From: Octopus sinensis
Lineage: Eukaryota
Direction of reading: 5' to 3'
DNA length: 64,000 nt
NCBI RefSeq assembly: GCF_006345805.1
Contig: NC_043009.1
Span: 58,342,001 to 58,406,000, forward strand
Made by a program: the position numbers and the translations under genes. The notes under the pieces are model-generated. The model did no database searches and was not told where the DNA came from. It worked only from the letters and a program-made list of their open reading frames with translations. Shown here in pieces: positions 53,301 through 64,000 of this stretch. The stretch's first letter is position 1; every line of letters starts with the position of its first letter.

Positions 53301-56300
53301 AACTTGCAGTAACCCAAAACCATTCTCTATGCCTACCTCACTACTACACTATTCCATTCACAATTCCAAGCAACGCTAGTCCAACACCCGGTTATTCACG
53401 TGGCAAAACGAACACCACTCAAAAATTATGAATGAAACAATGTAATAAAACAACCAACATCGAAAATAGACAAATTACCACGAATTCCCTAAAAAACCAT
53501 GATAAACCAAAACTCATAAAAACATATAACGATAAAATCTCCCTTTGCTAAACTCTATAACAAACCTATATGTAATCCCCCCTAAACCTATAACATTCAC
53601 ACACAAATACACACTCTTAAACCACAGACCCACGACTTATAACACATACCTATCCTAATTTATAAACCTCAATATACACCAAAACCCACTCCCTCCCCAC
53701 ACAGACAAATTAACACAAAACATCCCAAAACCTAAATAACAAACCCATATACACATTCACACACAACCCACACACACTCAAAAAAACACACAAACACACA
53801 CAACAGATACATATACTCCCTCACATATACTCATATATATACTCACTAAACTCGATATATAACAATATTTACACACCCACACTCATACAGATAAATAAAA
53901 TATACAAACAAAAAACTCACACACAATCTCATATACATAAACACTCCTATGAAAAAACATAAATACATCGTAATTAACCAGAATATCAAAATAACAATAT
54001 GACATAGGATAAATAAAAATACATACTACAAGTCAATTTCAAATAATGAAGCGAAATTAAATTCTTAGCCATTAAAAAAACCAAACAAAATTACGTTACC
54101 ATAAAATAACTTATGTAAAAAAGAGAGAATACGCGCCATAGAAATTAAACGTCATTTAAATTATGAATGGAGAAATAGAATAAATGGAACTAAAACTATA
54201 TCCACGTAGCAACCAACATTACGTAAAAAAATTATAATGAATAGATTCTTTAACAAACTACCATGAAAAAAATCATTTATATACATTTATGAGCTTTAGC
54301 TCACCCTAGCAGCTCTAACAAACAACCGACAGCAACCCAAACCTATTCCCGATTCCTACCTCACTAACCACTAATCAATTCCAATTCCAAGCAACACTAG
54401 TCCACCACCCGGTTACAATTCCCAACTGCACCCTTTCATTACAATTTTCAACGACATTCGCCTCCACAAGCTACTATAAGCCTCAACATATACACCGGAG
54501 ATACACTTACATCCGTGCGGATGGGTGAGAGTATACATTGAGTGTAGTGATGGGGCTCCCATTACTATACACATTTGTACCTGTGTGGTAGTCTCCATGT
54601 GTATATTACGCACGGGTATAAATGCAGGGGGTACATGCGCACGTCATTGCGTGTACCCCTCACATGTAAATATGCTGCTATTTGGGCTCGATATAGCAAC
54701 AATGTAATCGCGCCCGCATACATGCATATGGGCGAATTGCACAATCAAAAAACGCACACGTGAGGGAGTATATGTATCTGTTGTGTGTGTGTGTGGGTGT
54801 GTTTTTTGTGTGTGTGTGGGTTTGTGTGTGAATGTGTATATGGGTTGTTATTTAGGTTTTGGGATGTGTGTTAATTTGTCTGTGTGTGGGGAGGGAGTGG
54901 GTTTTGGTGTGTATATTGAGGTTTATAAATTAGGATAGGTATGTGTATAAGTCGTGGGTCTGTGGTTTAAGAGTGTGTATTTGTGTGTGAATGTTATAGT
55001 TTAGGGGGATTACTATATAGGTTTGTTATAGAGTTTAGCAAAGGGAGATTTTATCGTTATATGTTTTTATGAGGTTTGGTTTATCATGGGTATTTTAGGG
55101 AATTCGTGGTAATTTGTCTATTTTCGATGTTGGTTGTTTATTACATTGTTTCATTCATAATTTTGAGTGGTGTTCGTTTTGCCACGTGAATAACCGGGTG
55201 GTGGACTAGCGTTGCTTGGAATTGTGAATGGAATAGTGTAGTAGTGAGGTAGGCATAGAGAATGGGTTTGGGTTACTGCAAGTTGTTTGTTAGAGCTGCT
55301 AAGGTGAGCTAAAGCTCATAGATGTATATAATGATTTTTCATGGTAGTTTTTTAAAGAATCCATTCATAATAAATTTTTTTAAGTAGTGTTGGTTTGCAA
55401 CGGGATATAGTTTTTAGTTCCATTTTTCTATTTCTCCATTCATATTTTAAATGACGTTTACTTTCCATGACGCGTATTTTTTTACATAAGTTATTTCTAT
55501 GGTAACGTAATTTTGGTTTAATTTTGTAACGGCTAAGAATTTAATTTCACTTCATAATTTGCCACTGAATTGTAAGTATGTATTTTATTTATCCTTATGT
55601 CATATTGTTATTTTGATATTCTGGTTAATTACGATGTATTTAATGTTGTTTTCATAGGTGTGTTTATGTATATGAGATTGTGTGCGAGTTTTTAGTTGTA
55701 TAATTTATTTATCTGTATGAGTGTGGGTGTGTAAATATTGTTGTATATATCGAGTTTAGTGAGTATGTATATGCGTATATGTGAGGGAGTATATGTATCT
55801 GTTGTGTGTGTGTGTTGTTTTGCGTGTGTGTGTGTTTGTGTGTGAATGTGTATATGGGTTTGTTATTTAGGTTTTGGGATGTATGTGTTAATTTGTCTGT
55901 GGGGAGGGAGTGGGTTTTGGTGTATATTGAGGTTTATAAGTTAGTATAGGTATGTGTATAAGTCGTGGTCTGTGGTTTACGAGTGTGTATTTGTGTGTGA
56001 ATGTTTAGGTTAGGGAGATTGCTATATAGGTTTGTTATAGAGTTTAGCAAAGGGAGATTTATCGTTATATGTTTTTAGGAGTTTTGGTTATCATGGTTTT
56101 TTTAGGGAATTCGTGGTAATTTGTCTATTTTCGATGTGGTTGTTTTATTACAGTTTCATTCATAATTTTTGAGTGGTGTTCGTTTTGCCACGTGAATAAC
56201 CGGGAGGTGGACTAGTGTTGTTGGAATTGTGAATGGAATAGTGTAGTAGTGAGGTAGGCATAGAGAATGGGATTGGGTTACTGCAAGTTGTTTGTTAGTC

Positions 56301-58217
56301 TTTTTTTACATAAGTTATTTCTATGGTAACGTAATTTTGGTTTGATTTTTTAACGGCTAAGAATTTAATTTCACTTCATAATTTGACACTGAATTGTAAG
56401 TATGTATTTTATTTACCTTTATGTCATATTGTTATTTTTGATATTCTGGTTAATTAAGATGTATTTAATGTTGTTTTCATAGGAGTGTTTATGTATATGA
56501 GATTGTGTGCGAGTTTTAGTTGTATAATTTATTTATCTGTATGAGTGTGGGTGTGTAAATATGTTGTATATATTGAGTTTAGTGAGTATGTATTTGCGTA
56601 TATGTGAGGGAGTATATGTATCTGTTGTGTGTGTGTGTTTTGCGTGTGTGTGTGTTAGTGTGTGAATGTGTATATGGGTTTTTATTTAGGTTTTGGGATG
56701 TATGAGTTAATTTGTCTGTGTGGAGGGAGTGGGGGTGTTTGGTGTATATGGAGGTTTATAAGTTAGTTTAGGTATGTGTATAAGTCGTGGGTCTGTGGTT
56801 TACGTGTGTGTTTGTGTGTGAATGTTTAGGGTAGGGGGATTACTATATAGGTTTGTTATAGAGTTTAGCATAGGGAGATTTTATCGTTATATGTTTTTTA
56901 AGAGTTTTGGTTTATCATGGTGTGTTTTTTTAGGGAATTCGTAGTATTTTGTTTTTTCGATGTTGGTTTGTTTATTATATTGTTTCATTCATAATTTTGA
57001 GTGGTGTTCGTTTTGCCACGTGAATTTTATTTTTAATTCCATTTATTCCATTTCTCCATTCATTAATTTAGAGATGTTCGTTTCCAGAGCGGTTATACTT
57101 TTATATATATGTTAAGTTCCTTGGTAAAGTAATTTTGTTGGTGTATATATGAGGTTTATATGTACTTGTGGGTGTGTGTGAGTGGGGTGGGAGGAGTTTG
57201 TATTGTTATGGTGGTGTGGTTTACGAGTGGTTTGTGTGAATGTATAGGTTAAAGGAATTGCTATATAAGTATGTTTTAGTGTTTAGTAAAGGGAGTTTTA
57301 TCATTTCTGTTTTGTGAGTTTTAGCTTATCATGGTAGTTTATAAAAGAATCCATTATAATTTTTGTGTTTATTTGTCTGTGTGGGGTTGAGTGGGTTTTT
57401 GGAGTATATGTTGAGGTTTATATGTATGTATTGGTATGTGTATGTGTGTGTGGGGTATTTGTATATGTCGTGGGTGTGTGTTTACGTGTGTGGTATGTGT
57501 GTGAATGTTTAGGTTAGGGGGATTGCTATATAGGTTTGTTATAGAGTTTAGTAAAGGGAGATTTTATCATTATATGTTTTTATGAGTTTTGGTTATCATG
57601 GTAGGTTTGATAAGGAATTTGTAGTAATTTGTGTCTATTTGCGATGTCTGTTGTTTTATTGCATTGTTTCATTCATACTTTTTAAGTAGTGTTCGTTTAC
57701 CAAGTGAATATAATTTTTAATTCCATTTATTCTATTTCTCCGTTCATAGTTGTGAGTGATGTCCATTTTCTAGAGCGTGAATGTGGGTTGTATGTGTGGT
57801 GTGTGTGGGAGTATGAATAAGTATTGTGTTGAAGTATTTAGCTATTTTATTTATTTATAGTTGCCTAGACATTTTTATGTGTATGTATAGGGATATATAT
57901 AGGGTGTGATTTAGGGTATGTAGTTAGATATGGTTATATATAATAGGTATATGAGTATGGGTGTATATATAGTTTAATATTTATTATTATTATATATATA
58001 TATATTTTTTTTTGTTTTATATTTATATTTTATATTTTATATTTAATTGTTGATAGGTTTTTTAGTTTTATATTGTTTTAATTGATTATATATGATTATA
58101 GATAGGTTATTATGGATATAACTTATATTTTTCATTCATTCTTTAGATATTTTAAAATTCATTATTTTTATTTTAAAATTAGATTTATTTTAAAATATTG
58201 ATTTTAGATTGGAAAGT

Positions 58218-58260
58218 CCACCTGAAGATTGTCGATCAAGACAAGAAACGATTGTAGTGG
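58218..58260 (+). ncRNA. Minimal type I hammerhead ribozyme motif at the right end of the foldback
   Basis: CCAC CUGAAGA UUGUC-GAUCAA-GACAA GAA ACGAUUGU A GUGG; predicted GUA cleavage after 58256. Confidence 0.75.
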
Positions 58261-58379
58261 GGTTTTTTTTTGACTATTTATTAAAATTTATGTATTGATT
58301 AAGTCTTTCCTTGTTTGTTTTGCAAAATAGTGGTTTTGTCTCGAATAATATTTTATATATATATATATATATATAATAT

Positions 58380-58416
<37 letters not shown>

Positions 58417-58420
<4 letters not shown>

Positions 58421-58576
58421 AGGCACGTGGCTTAGTGGTTAGGATGTTGAAATCATGATCGGTAAGGTTGTGGTTTCGATTCCTGATCTGGGCGATGTGT
58501 GTGTTTTTGAGCGAAACACCTAAGCACCACGTAGCTCCGGCAGAATGATGTACTTCTGCTTACTCTTTCGCCATAG
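58417..58576 (+). mobile_element. SINE family C-like 5' fragment, degenerate
   Basis: Head GGAGGCACGTGGCTTAGTGGTTAGG...GGTTTCGATTCC...GAGCGAAACACCTAAG. Confidence 0.7.
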
Positions 58577-58604
58577 GTACATATATATGCATATAATACA
58601 TGTA

Positions 58605-58640
<36 letters not shown>

Positions 58641-58643
58641 GAG

Positions 58644-58690
<47 letters not shown>

Positions 58691-58704
58691 TAGATAGATA
58701 GCTG

Positions 58705-58757
<53 letters not shown>

Positions 58758-58758
58758 A

Positions 58759-58971
58759 TACGTGGAGGCACTGAAAAGTTTCTGGCTTTATGGGTATCAC
58801 AAAAAAACTGGTTCACGACCAGTGTTCTATTACAGGGCTTAGAAAAATTGAAGGGCCGCTGCAAACGTGTGTGATATCTGAGTGGGAAATATTTTGAATG
58901 AAATCGTAATTAGCTGATCCGCCTGTATTTTTTTTACCCTAAGCCAGGAATTTTCAACACGATCTCCCATA
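58759..58971. mobile_element. Mariner-derived MITE
   Basis: TA-flanked imperfect TIRs (TGAAAAGTTTCTGGCTT / AAGCCAGGAATTTTCA); internal GLEKLKGRCKRV..LSGKYFE* resembles the mariner transposase C-terminus. Confidence 0.65.
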
Positions 58972-59202
58972 TGCATGTGTGTGTGTGCGCGCGTGTGTGG
59001 GTTTGTGCGCGCGTGCCCGTATGTATTGAGGCTATCTTAATATTTTAATAATTTTTCAAGCCCTGTCACATGGAGAAATGGAGACTCTCACCATTCCTCC
59101 AAGTGATCGGCTTGAAAAATTGGTAAGATATTGAGATATTTTTCTTGACATAAATACAATGGTAGCCTTATTGCAAACATACATACATACATACATACAT
59201 AC

Positions 59203-59252
<50 letters not shown>

Positions 59253-59449
59253 TATATATATATATATATATATACGTTTAAATATTTGTTGTGCAAGATT
59301 TTTTATGTGAAGTCGTGTGTTGAAACAGATATTGTTATATTTCGAATGGTCATTTTGCCAGTTTAGCCAATAAAAGCACACGCACTATATATTTGGTGTT
59401 ATTTTGCTTCAGTGTTGTTTATTTTTTACATTAATCTTAATCTTATTTC

Positions 59450-59493
59450 GACCAGAGTTCTTTCGTCTCACTCCTGTGACCGCATCAGTGGTC
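59450..59493 (-). ncRNA. Degenerate minimal hammerhead motif
   Basis: Minus strand GACCA CUGAUGC G GUCAC-AGGA-GUGAGAC GAA AGAACU C UGGUC; A9 changed to C. Confidence 0.5.
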
Positions 59494-59645
59494 CTTTGTT
59501 GTCTTCTTTCTTATTTTGTCTCTCCTTACTAACGGTAGCAATATCTATATATATATATATATATATAGATAATATATATGTAGGTCCCGGGTGAGTCGGG
59601 GTTACCACAATAAATAAGGTATCAATACATAGCAGAGTAAATTAA

Positions 59646-59771
59646 TTATTTTATAGAAGGAGCTTCTACAGGACTAGAACTGTTTCATTCAAAAGAAATC
59701 ATCACCTAGCTTCCTGATGATTTCTTTTGAATGAAACAGTTCTAGTCCTGTAGAAGCTCCTCTATAAAATA

Positions 59772-59772
<1 letters not shown>
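59646..59772. repeat. ~58-bp inverted repeat abutting (TA)n and containing a hammerhead
   Basis: Arms 59646-59704 and 59715-59772. Confidence 0.92.
59708..59758 (+). ncRNA. Type I hammerhead ribozyme motif with a self-closing stem III
   Basis: AGCUUC CUGAUGA UUUC-UUUU-GAAU GAA ACAG-UUCUAGUC-CUGU A GAAGCU; predicted GUA cleavage after 59752. Confidence 0.8.
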
Positions 59773-59853
<81 letters not shown>

Positions 59854-60159
59854 CAAGAAAGAGAGAGAGAGAGAACTGTCAGAGAGATTGGTAAATAGAT
59901 AGATAGATTTTTGTATGAGTGGTCTGTGTTTGTATTCCCGCCACCAGTGAACAACAGGCATTAAATAGTTTATTGTATATATCCTCTGTCACATAACGGT
60001 CCGGCAAATGATTCCAATAAAAATAAGGACTAGGTTTAAAAAGAAAATACTATTATTGGAGTCGATCTGTTAAAACAAAAGCTCGTCGAGCCAGTGCACC
60101 AGCATGGCCGAATCCACATCACTATTGCAAGGAACAGATAAAATATGAAACTACCATCA

Positions 60160-60504
60160 TCATGGGGGGGAGGAAGCACTCCGTCGGTTACGACGACGAG
60201 GGTTCCGATCAACGGAACAGCCTGCTCGTGAAATTAACGTGTAACCTTAACGTAGTTCTCGGGGATATTCAGCGTGACACAGAGAGTGACAAGGCCGGCC
60301 CTTTGAAATACAGGTACAACAGAAACAGGAAGTAAGAGTGAGAGAAAGAGTACAGCAGGGATCACCACCATCCCCTGCCGGAGCCTCGTGGAGCTTTAGG
60401 TGTTTTCGCTCAATAAACACTCACAACGCCCGGTCTGGGAATCGAAACCGCGATCCTACGACCGCGAGTCCGCTGCCCTAACCACTGGGCCATTGCGCCT
60501 CCAC
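60160..60504 (-). mobile_element. SINE family C, tail type 3
   Basis: Head nearly identical to 25807; a different 3' portion ending CTTCCTCCCCCCCATGATGATG. Confidence 0.88.
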
Positions 60505-61649
60505 ACTATCATCATATGCAACACATGATTGTAATCCTAACAGCTGCTATGGTTACGCGAACGGAGTCGGACCGTCTTAATTCACCAGAGTGTTATAACA
60601 ACAAATACAATACTAAGCGTATTACTATAAGGTGTAAGTGTGAAGAATACTAAGACAATTGAAATGTATTCTTAATGAAACCTTGTAATAAAAGACGTTT
60701 TATTTGTATCACTGTCATTACACCGTGAATTATATTCGACTAGTATTGCTAAGAGACACACGGAGTTTGTGCTGACAGTGATTAACGATACAAACGGAAT
60801 ATTAACAACGGAATAACATTCGTTCAGTTCGGCTGGTAAATAAATGCCTAATTAATAATTTCACTTCATCCGCATTGCTAAGCGTTGTATTGAATATTTT
60901 GAAGATGCTAAAGAAGTGACCAGACACCAAATAATAACGAGGTGCTATCAGGAATTTCAAAAACTGTAACAAAACAAAATAATAAATAAAAACAAAAAAT
61001 AAATAGATTAATAAAGAAAAATATATAGTTAATGATCGGCGCCGCTGTGTGGTCAAGAATTTTTGACTTCTAGTCTTGTGATTTGGGGTTCAGTTCGACT
61101 GGATAGCACCTGTCTTCCACAACATCCCCCGGCTGATTAGCATCTTTCGCGTTTGATAGGTTAGAGGCGAGGCACAAAGAAGATAGCTCCATTTTGAAAC
61201 AGCAAGATCTCGCCTGCAAGCATTGCCATACGTGAGACAAAAACGAGATCTCGCCCACAACCATTATTTGAGGAGAAGACAACAGCATTTCTCCTCTCAT
61301 TCTTCTCACGCTGACCCCGAGTAAAACTTCGAAGCCAGGAGCTCACAGCGGACATTTGCCCCGCTGTGATACCATATGCATTGCCTCCAGAGGTTATTGA
61401 ACCTCACGTGTATGGGAGAGAAGGCTAGCTACGCACTGCTGTGAAGATGGTTACTGAAAGCAAACCCCTTATACGAAGCACCTGTGGATAAACAGTTATT
61501 GAATTTACTCCGCCTGTGAACTTCCAGCTCCTTGAATCAACAGAATATTTATAATGGAAGATACCCGAAAAGTATCATAAAACATTCCTTCCGTTATAGG
61601 TTGGAACTGAAAGAAATCTGTCGCTTATATGTATATCGTATGCCTTTGA

Positions 61650-61942
61650 CGTGTTTCAGTAATTAAACTGCGGCCATTCTGGGGCACCGCCTAGAACAAT
61701 TTTGAGTTGAATCAATTGATCCAGTTCATAATAATTTGTTTTGGTAAGCCTGGTACTTATTCTATCGGTCTTTTTGCCGAACTATTAATTTACGGGGACG
61801 TAAACACACTAATAGCGGTCGGCAAGCTGTAGTGGGAGACAAACATAGACCGAAAGATACACAGACATGTACACACGCGCGCGACACACACATGACAGGT
61901 TTTTTTCAGTTTCCATCTACAAAATCCACTCACAAGGCTTTA
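61650..61942 (-). mobile_element. SINE family B, 5'-truncated and degenerate
   Basis: Tail, body and AAATCCACTCACAAGGCTT segments match 7226-7607. Confidence 0.75.
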
Positions 61943-62670
61943 TACATCTTTAAACAGCATTATTCACCATCACGCAACATTTCGTAGCAATATACAGCAG
62001 TACTTGACAATACACAACACCATCTTCTATATACGCTACACTAAAATAAGTCAGACTATATTACGTTACCTTCAAATCAAGGTAAAGGGCTATACAGCAG
62101 TAATCACCCCTGTACATCAAGACATAACTCTACACTGTGTGATCTAAATGCAGACACACATCACTGTATAACAAAGACTACGATATGACAAAGCAACAGT
62201 ACATTACGCAGATTTAGATAACACTATACACCACAATATGAACAAACGTGCTTTTAATGTCTCGACTTATTAACAATCACAGGGAAATTTCACTCAAATC
62301 ACAGGTAGCGTCTTAGGAAAGACACAATGAATAATTCGGTCCAACGTTTTCTGCACATAAGAAAATGTTAGCATAAAATTAAGTAGTATGAAATCAAATA
62401 CAAATGGCTGCGGCGGTAGCAATACCTTCCATTATGTATTTTGTTTTATTCGATCCCGTTTGTATTGTAACTAAACAACAACAGCAACGTATACCTCTCA
62501 ATTCGCTGGAAATAGCAGCCAAATTTCTCGTAAACATTGCACAGTCATCTCAAAGAGGTGTTAAATAATAATGATAATCATAATGTTGTTCGCGGCTTAA
62601 ATGTCTTCGTACATAGATCTTGTCGCTAGGACTAATCTAAGACTTAACAACAAGGGAACATCTCACCATT

Positions 62671-62721
<51 letters not shown>

Positions 62722-63073
62722 TTACTACTACTACTGTAGATGCAGTTGCTGCTACAGTTATTGCAGCTTGTATGAATGCTACGTGTAATTCTCTTATCAA
62801 TATTCATATCAGCATTACCACCACCACTACTACTGCCGCCACCGCTTCAGCGCTGCCGCAACCGTCGCAGCTGCTACCGCCACCGCCATCAATAACAACA
62901 AAAACAATAATAGCAAGAAGAAGAGAACAGAACAACAACAACAACAATGACGACAATAGTAAAACCGACAAAAGCAATAAGCGGTGACAACTATCTCTCG
63001 ATCTCGCAAGTTCTCTCTCTCTCCCTCTCTTCCATTCTCTCTGCTTCTCTCTCTCTCTCTCTTTCTCTCTTTC

Positions 63074-63118
<45 letters not shown>

Positions 63119-63463
63119 GTAGCAATTACTGAAACACTAGCCTGGAGGTGCGAAGATGTGCATCTGTTAGTTTATAAGTGCATTTGCCAACACATTCATT
63201 CAGTTGGTTAGAGAAAAAAAAAGTTCTACCGGCATGTTACCGGCATAGTGATGAGAAAAATAGGTAAAGGGAATTTCGAACCATGCTCAGGTGCGAAATT
63301 CTAACAAGACACGCAAAGAAATAACATTCAACAGTCACACGCACAGGTAATTTATTCAACGCGCATGTTTACTGTGTGGTATGGCTATGAAAACATGTAC
63401 AGCCACACCAAGAAGGCAATGCACGTATCGATAAACGAAATAATACCACATAAACACGTCTCT

Positions 63464-63554
<91 letters not shown>

Positions 63555-63699
63555 GTATGTATGTATGTATGTATATATATATATGTATGTATGTATATAT
63601 AATATATATATATAATATACATTATTATATATATGTATATATATATACATTATATATATGTATATACATATATATATATACATATATATGTATATATGC

Positions 63700-63731
<32 letters not shown>

Positions 63732-63798
63732 ACATATATATATATAGTATAAATATATATAATATATATATATATATAATATTATATCTATATATATA

Positions 63799-63839
<41 letters not shown>

Positions 63840-64000
63840 CGAAGTGTGTGCAACACGAGAAAATGTAGAAACACATTAATGCCACATTTCAGAGGAAATG
63901 CTTGTTTGCAACAAAACACTTAACACGTAGTAAAATGCATATAACACACAACAAGCATGCACACAATCTGCAAGCACCTACACGATCGTGTAAACACGTG

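Larger units (their letters stand above)
50236..58354. repeat. ~8.1-kb foldback: arms 50236-53823 and 54761-58354, internally tandem-repeated and strongly strand-skewed
   Basis: Anchor GCAAAACGAACACCACTCAAAA at ~50881/51563/52382/53402 is mirrored at ~57700/57015/56190/55180; all pairs give an axis near 54290. Confidence 0.92.

Noticed and set aside
53290-53420. GIY-YIG C-terminal remnant (SLCLPHYYTI) in the foldback unit
   Set aside because: Only a few residues match and it lies on the strand opposite to the HHR sense
50400-58200. Mitochondrial control-region insertion (NUMT) suggested by the G/C skew
   Set aside because: No mitochondrial tRNA, rRNA or protein sequence is recognisable; the ends carry PLE-type HHRs

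Overview
AT-rich, repeat-saturated animal genomic DNA. The SINE complement and (TA)n/(TACA)n/(GAT)n microsatellite load are most consistent with an octopus or other coleoid cephalopod (pattern recognition, not a database result). No protein-coding gene can be securely identified; nearly all ORF-track entries are translated microsatellites. Recognisable content includes many tRNA-derived SINEs of about four families, a 5S-rRNA-headed SINE, and decayed R4/Dong-like and RTE LINEs. There are also mariner, Tc2/pogo-like and possibly piggyBac remnants, Penelope-like (GIY-YIG) remnants, and a 100-N gap. The most notable signal is a set of minimal type I hammerhead ribozyme (HHR) motifs: intact cores at 3439-3486(-), 3912-3955(+), 50326-50368(-), 58218-58260(+) and 59708-59758(+), and degenerate copies at 19570, 40961, 46322 and 59450. 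The intact ones sit in (TA)n-anchored inverted or circularly permuted repeats, including a 482-bp retrozyme-like unit and an ~8.1-kb foldback capped by an outward-facing HHR at each end. Assembly artefact is a live alternative for the palindromes.
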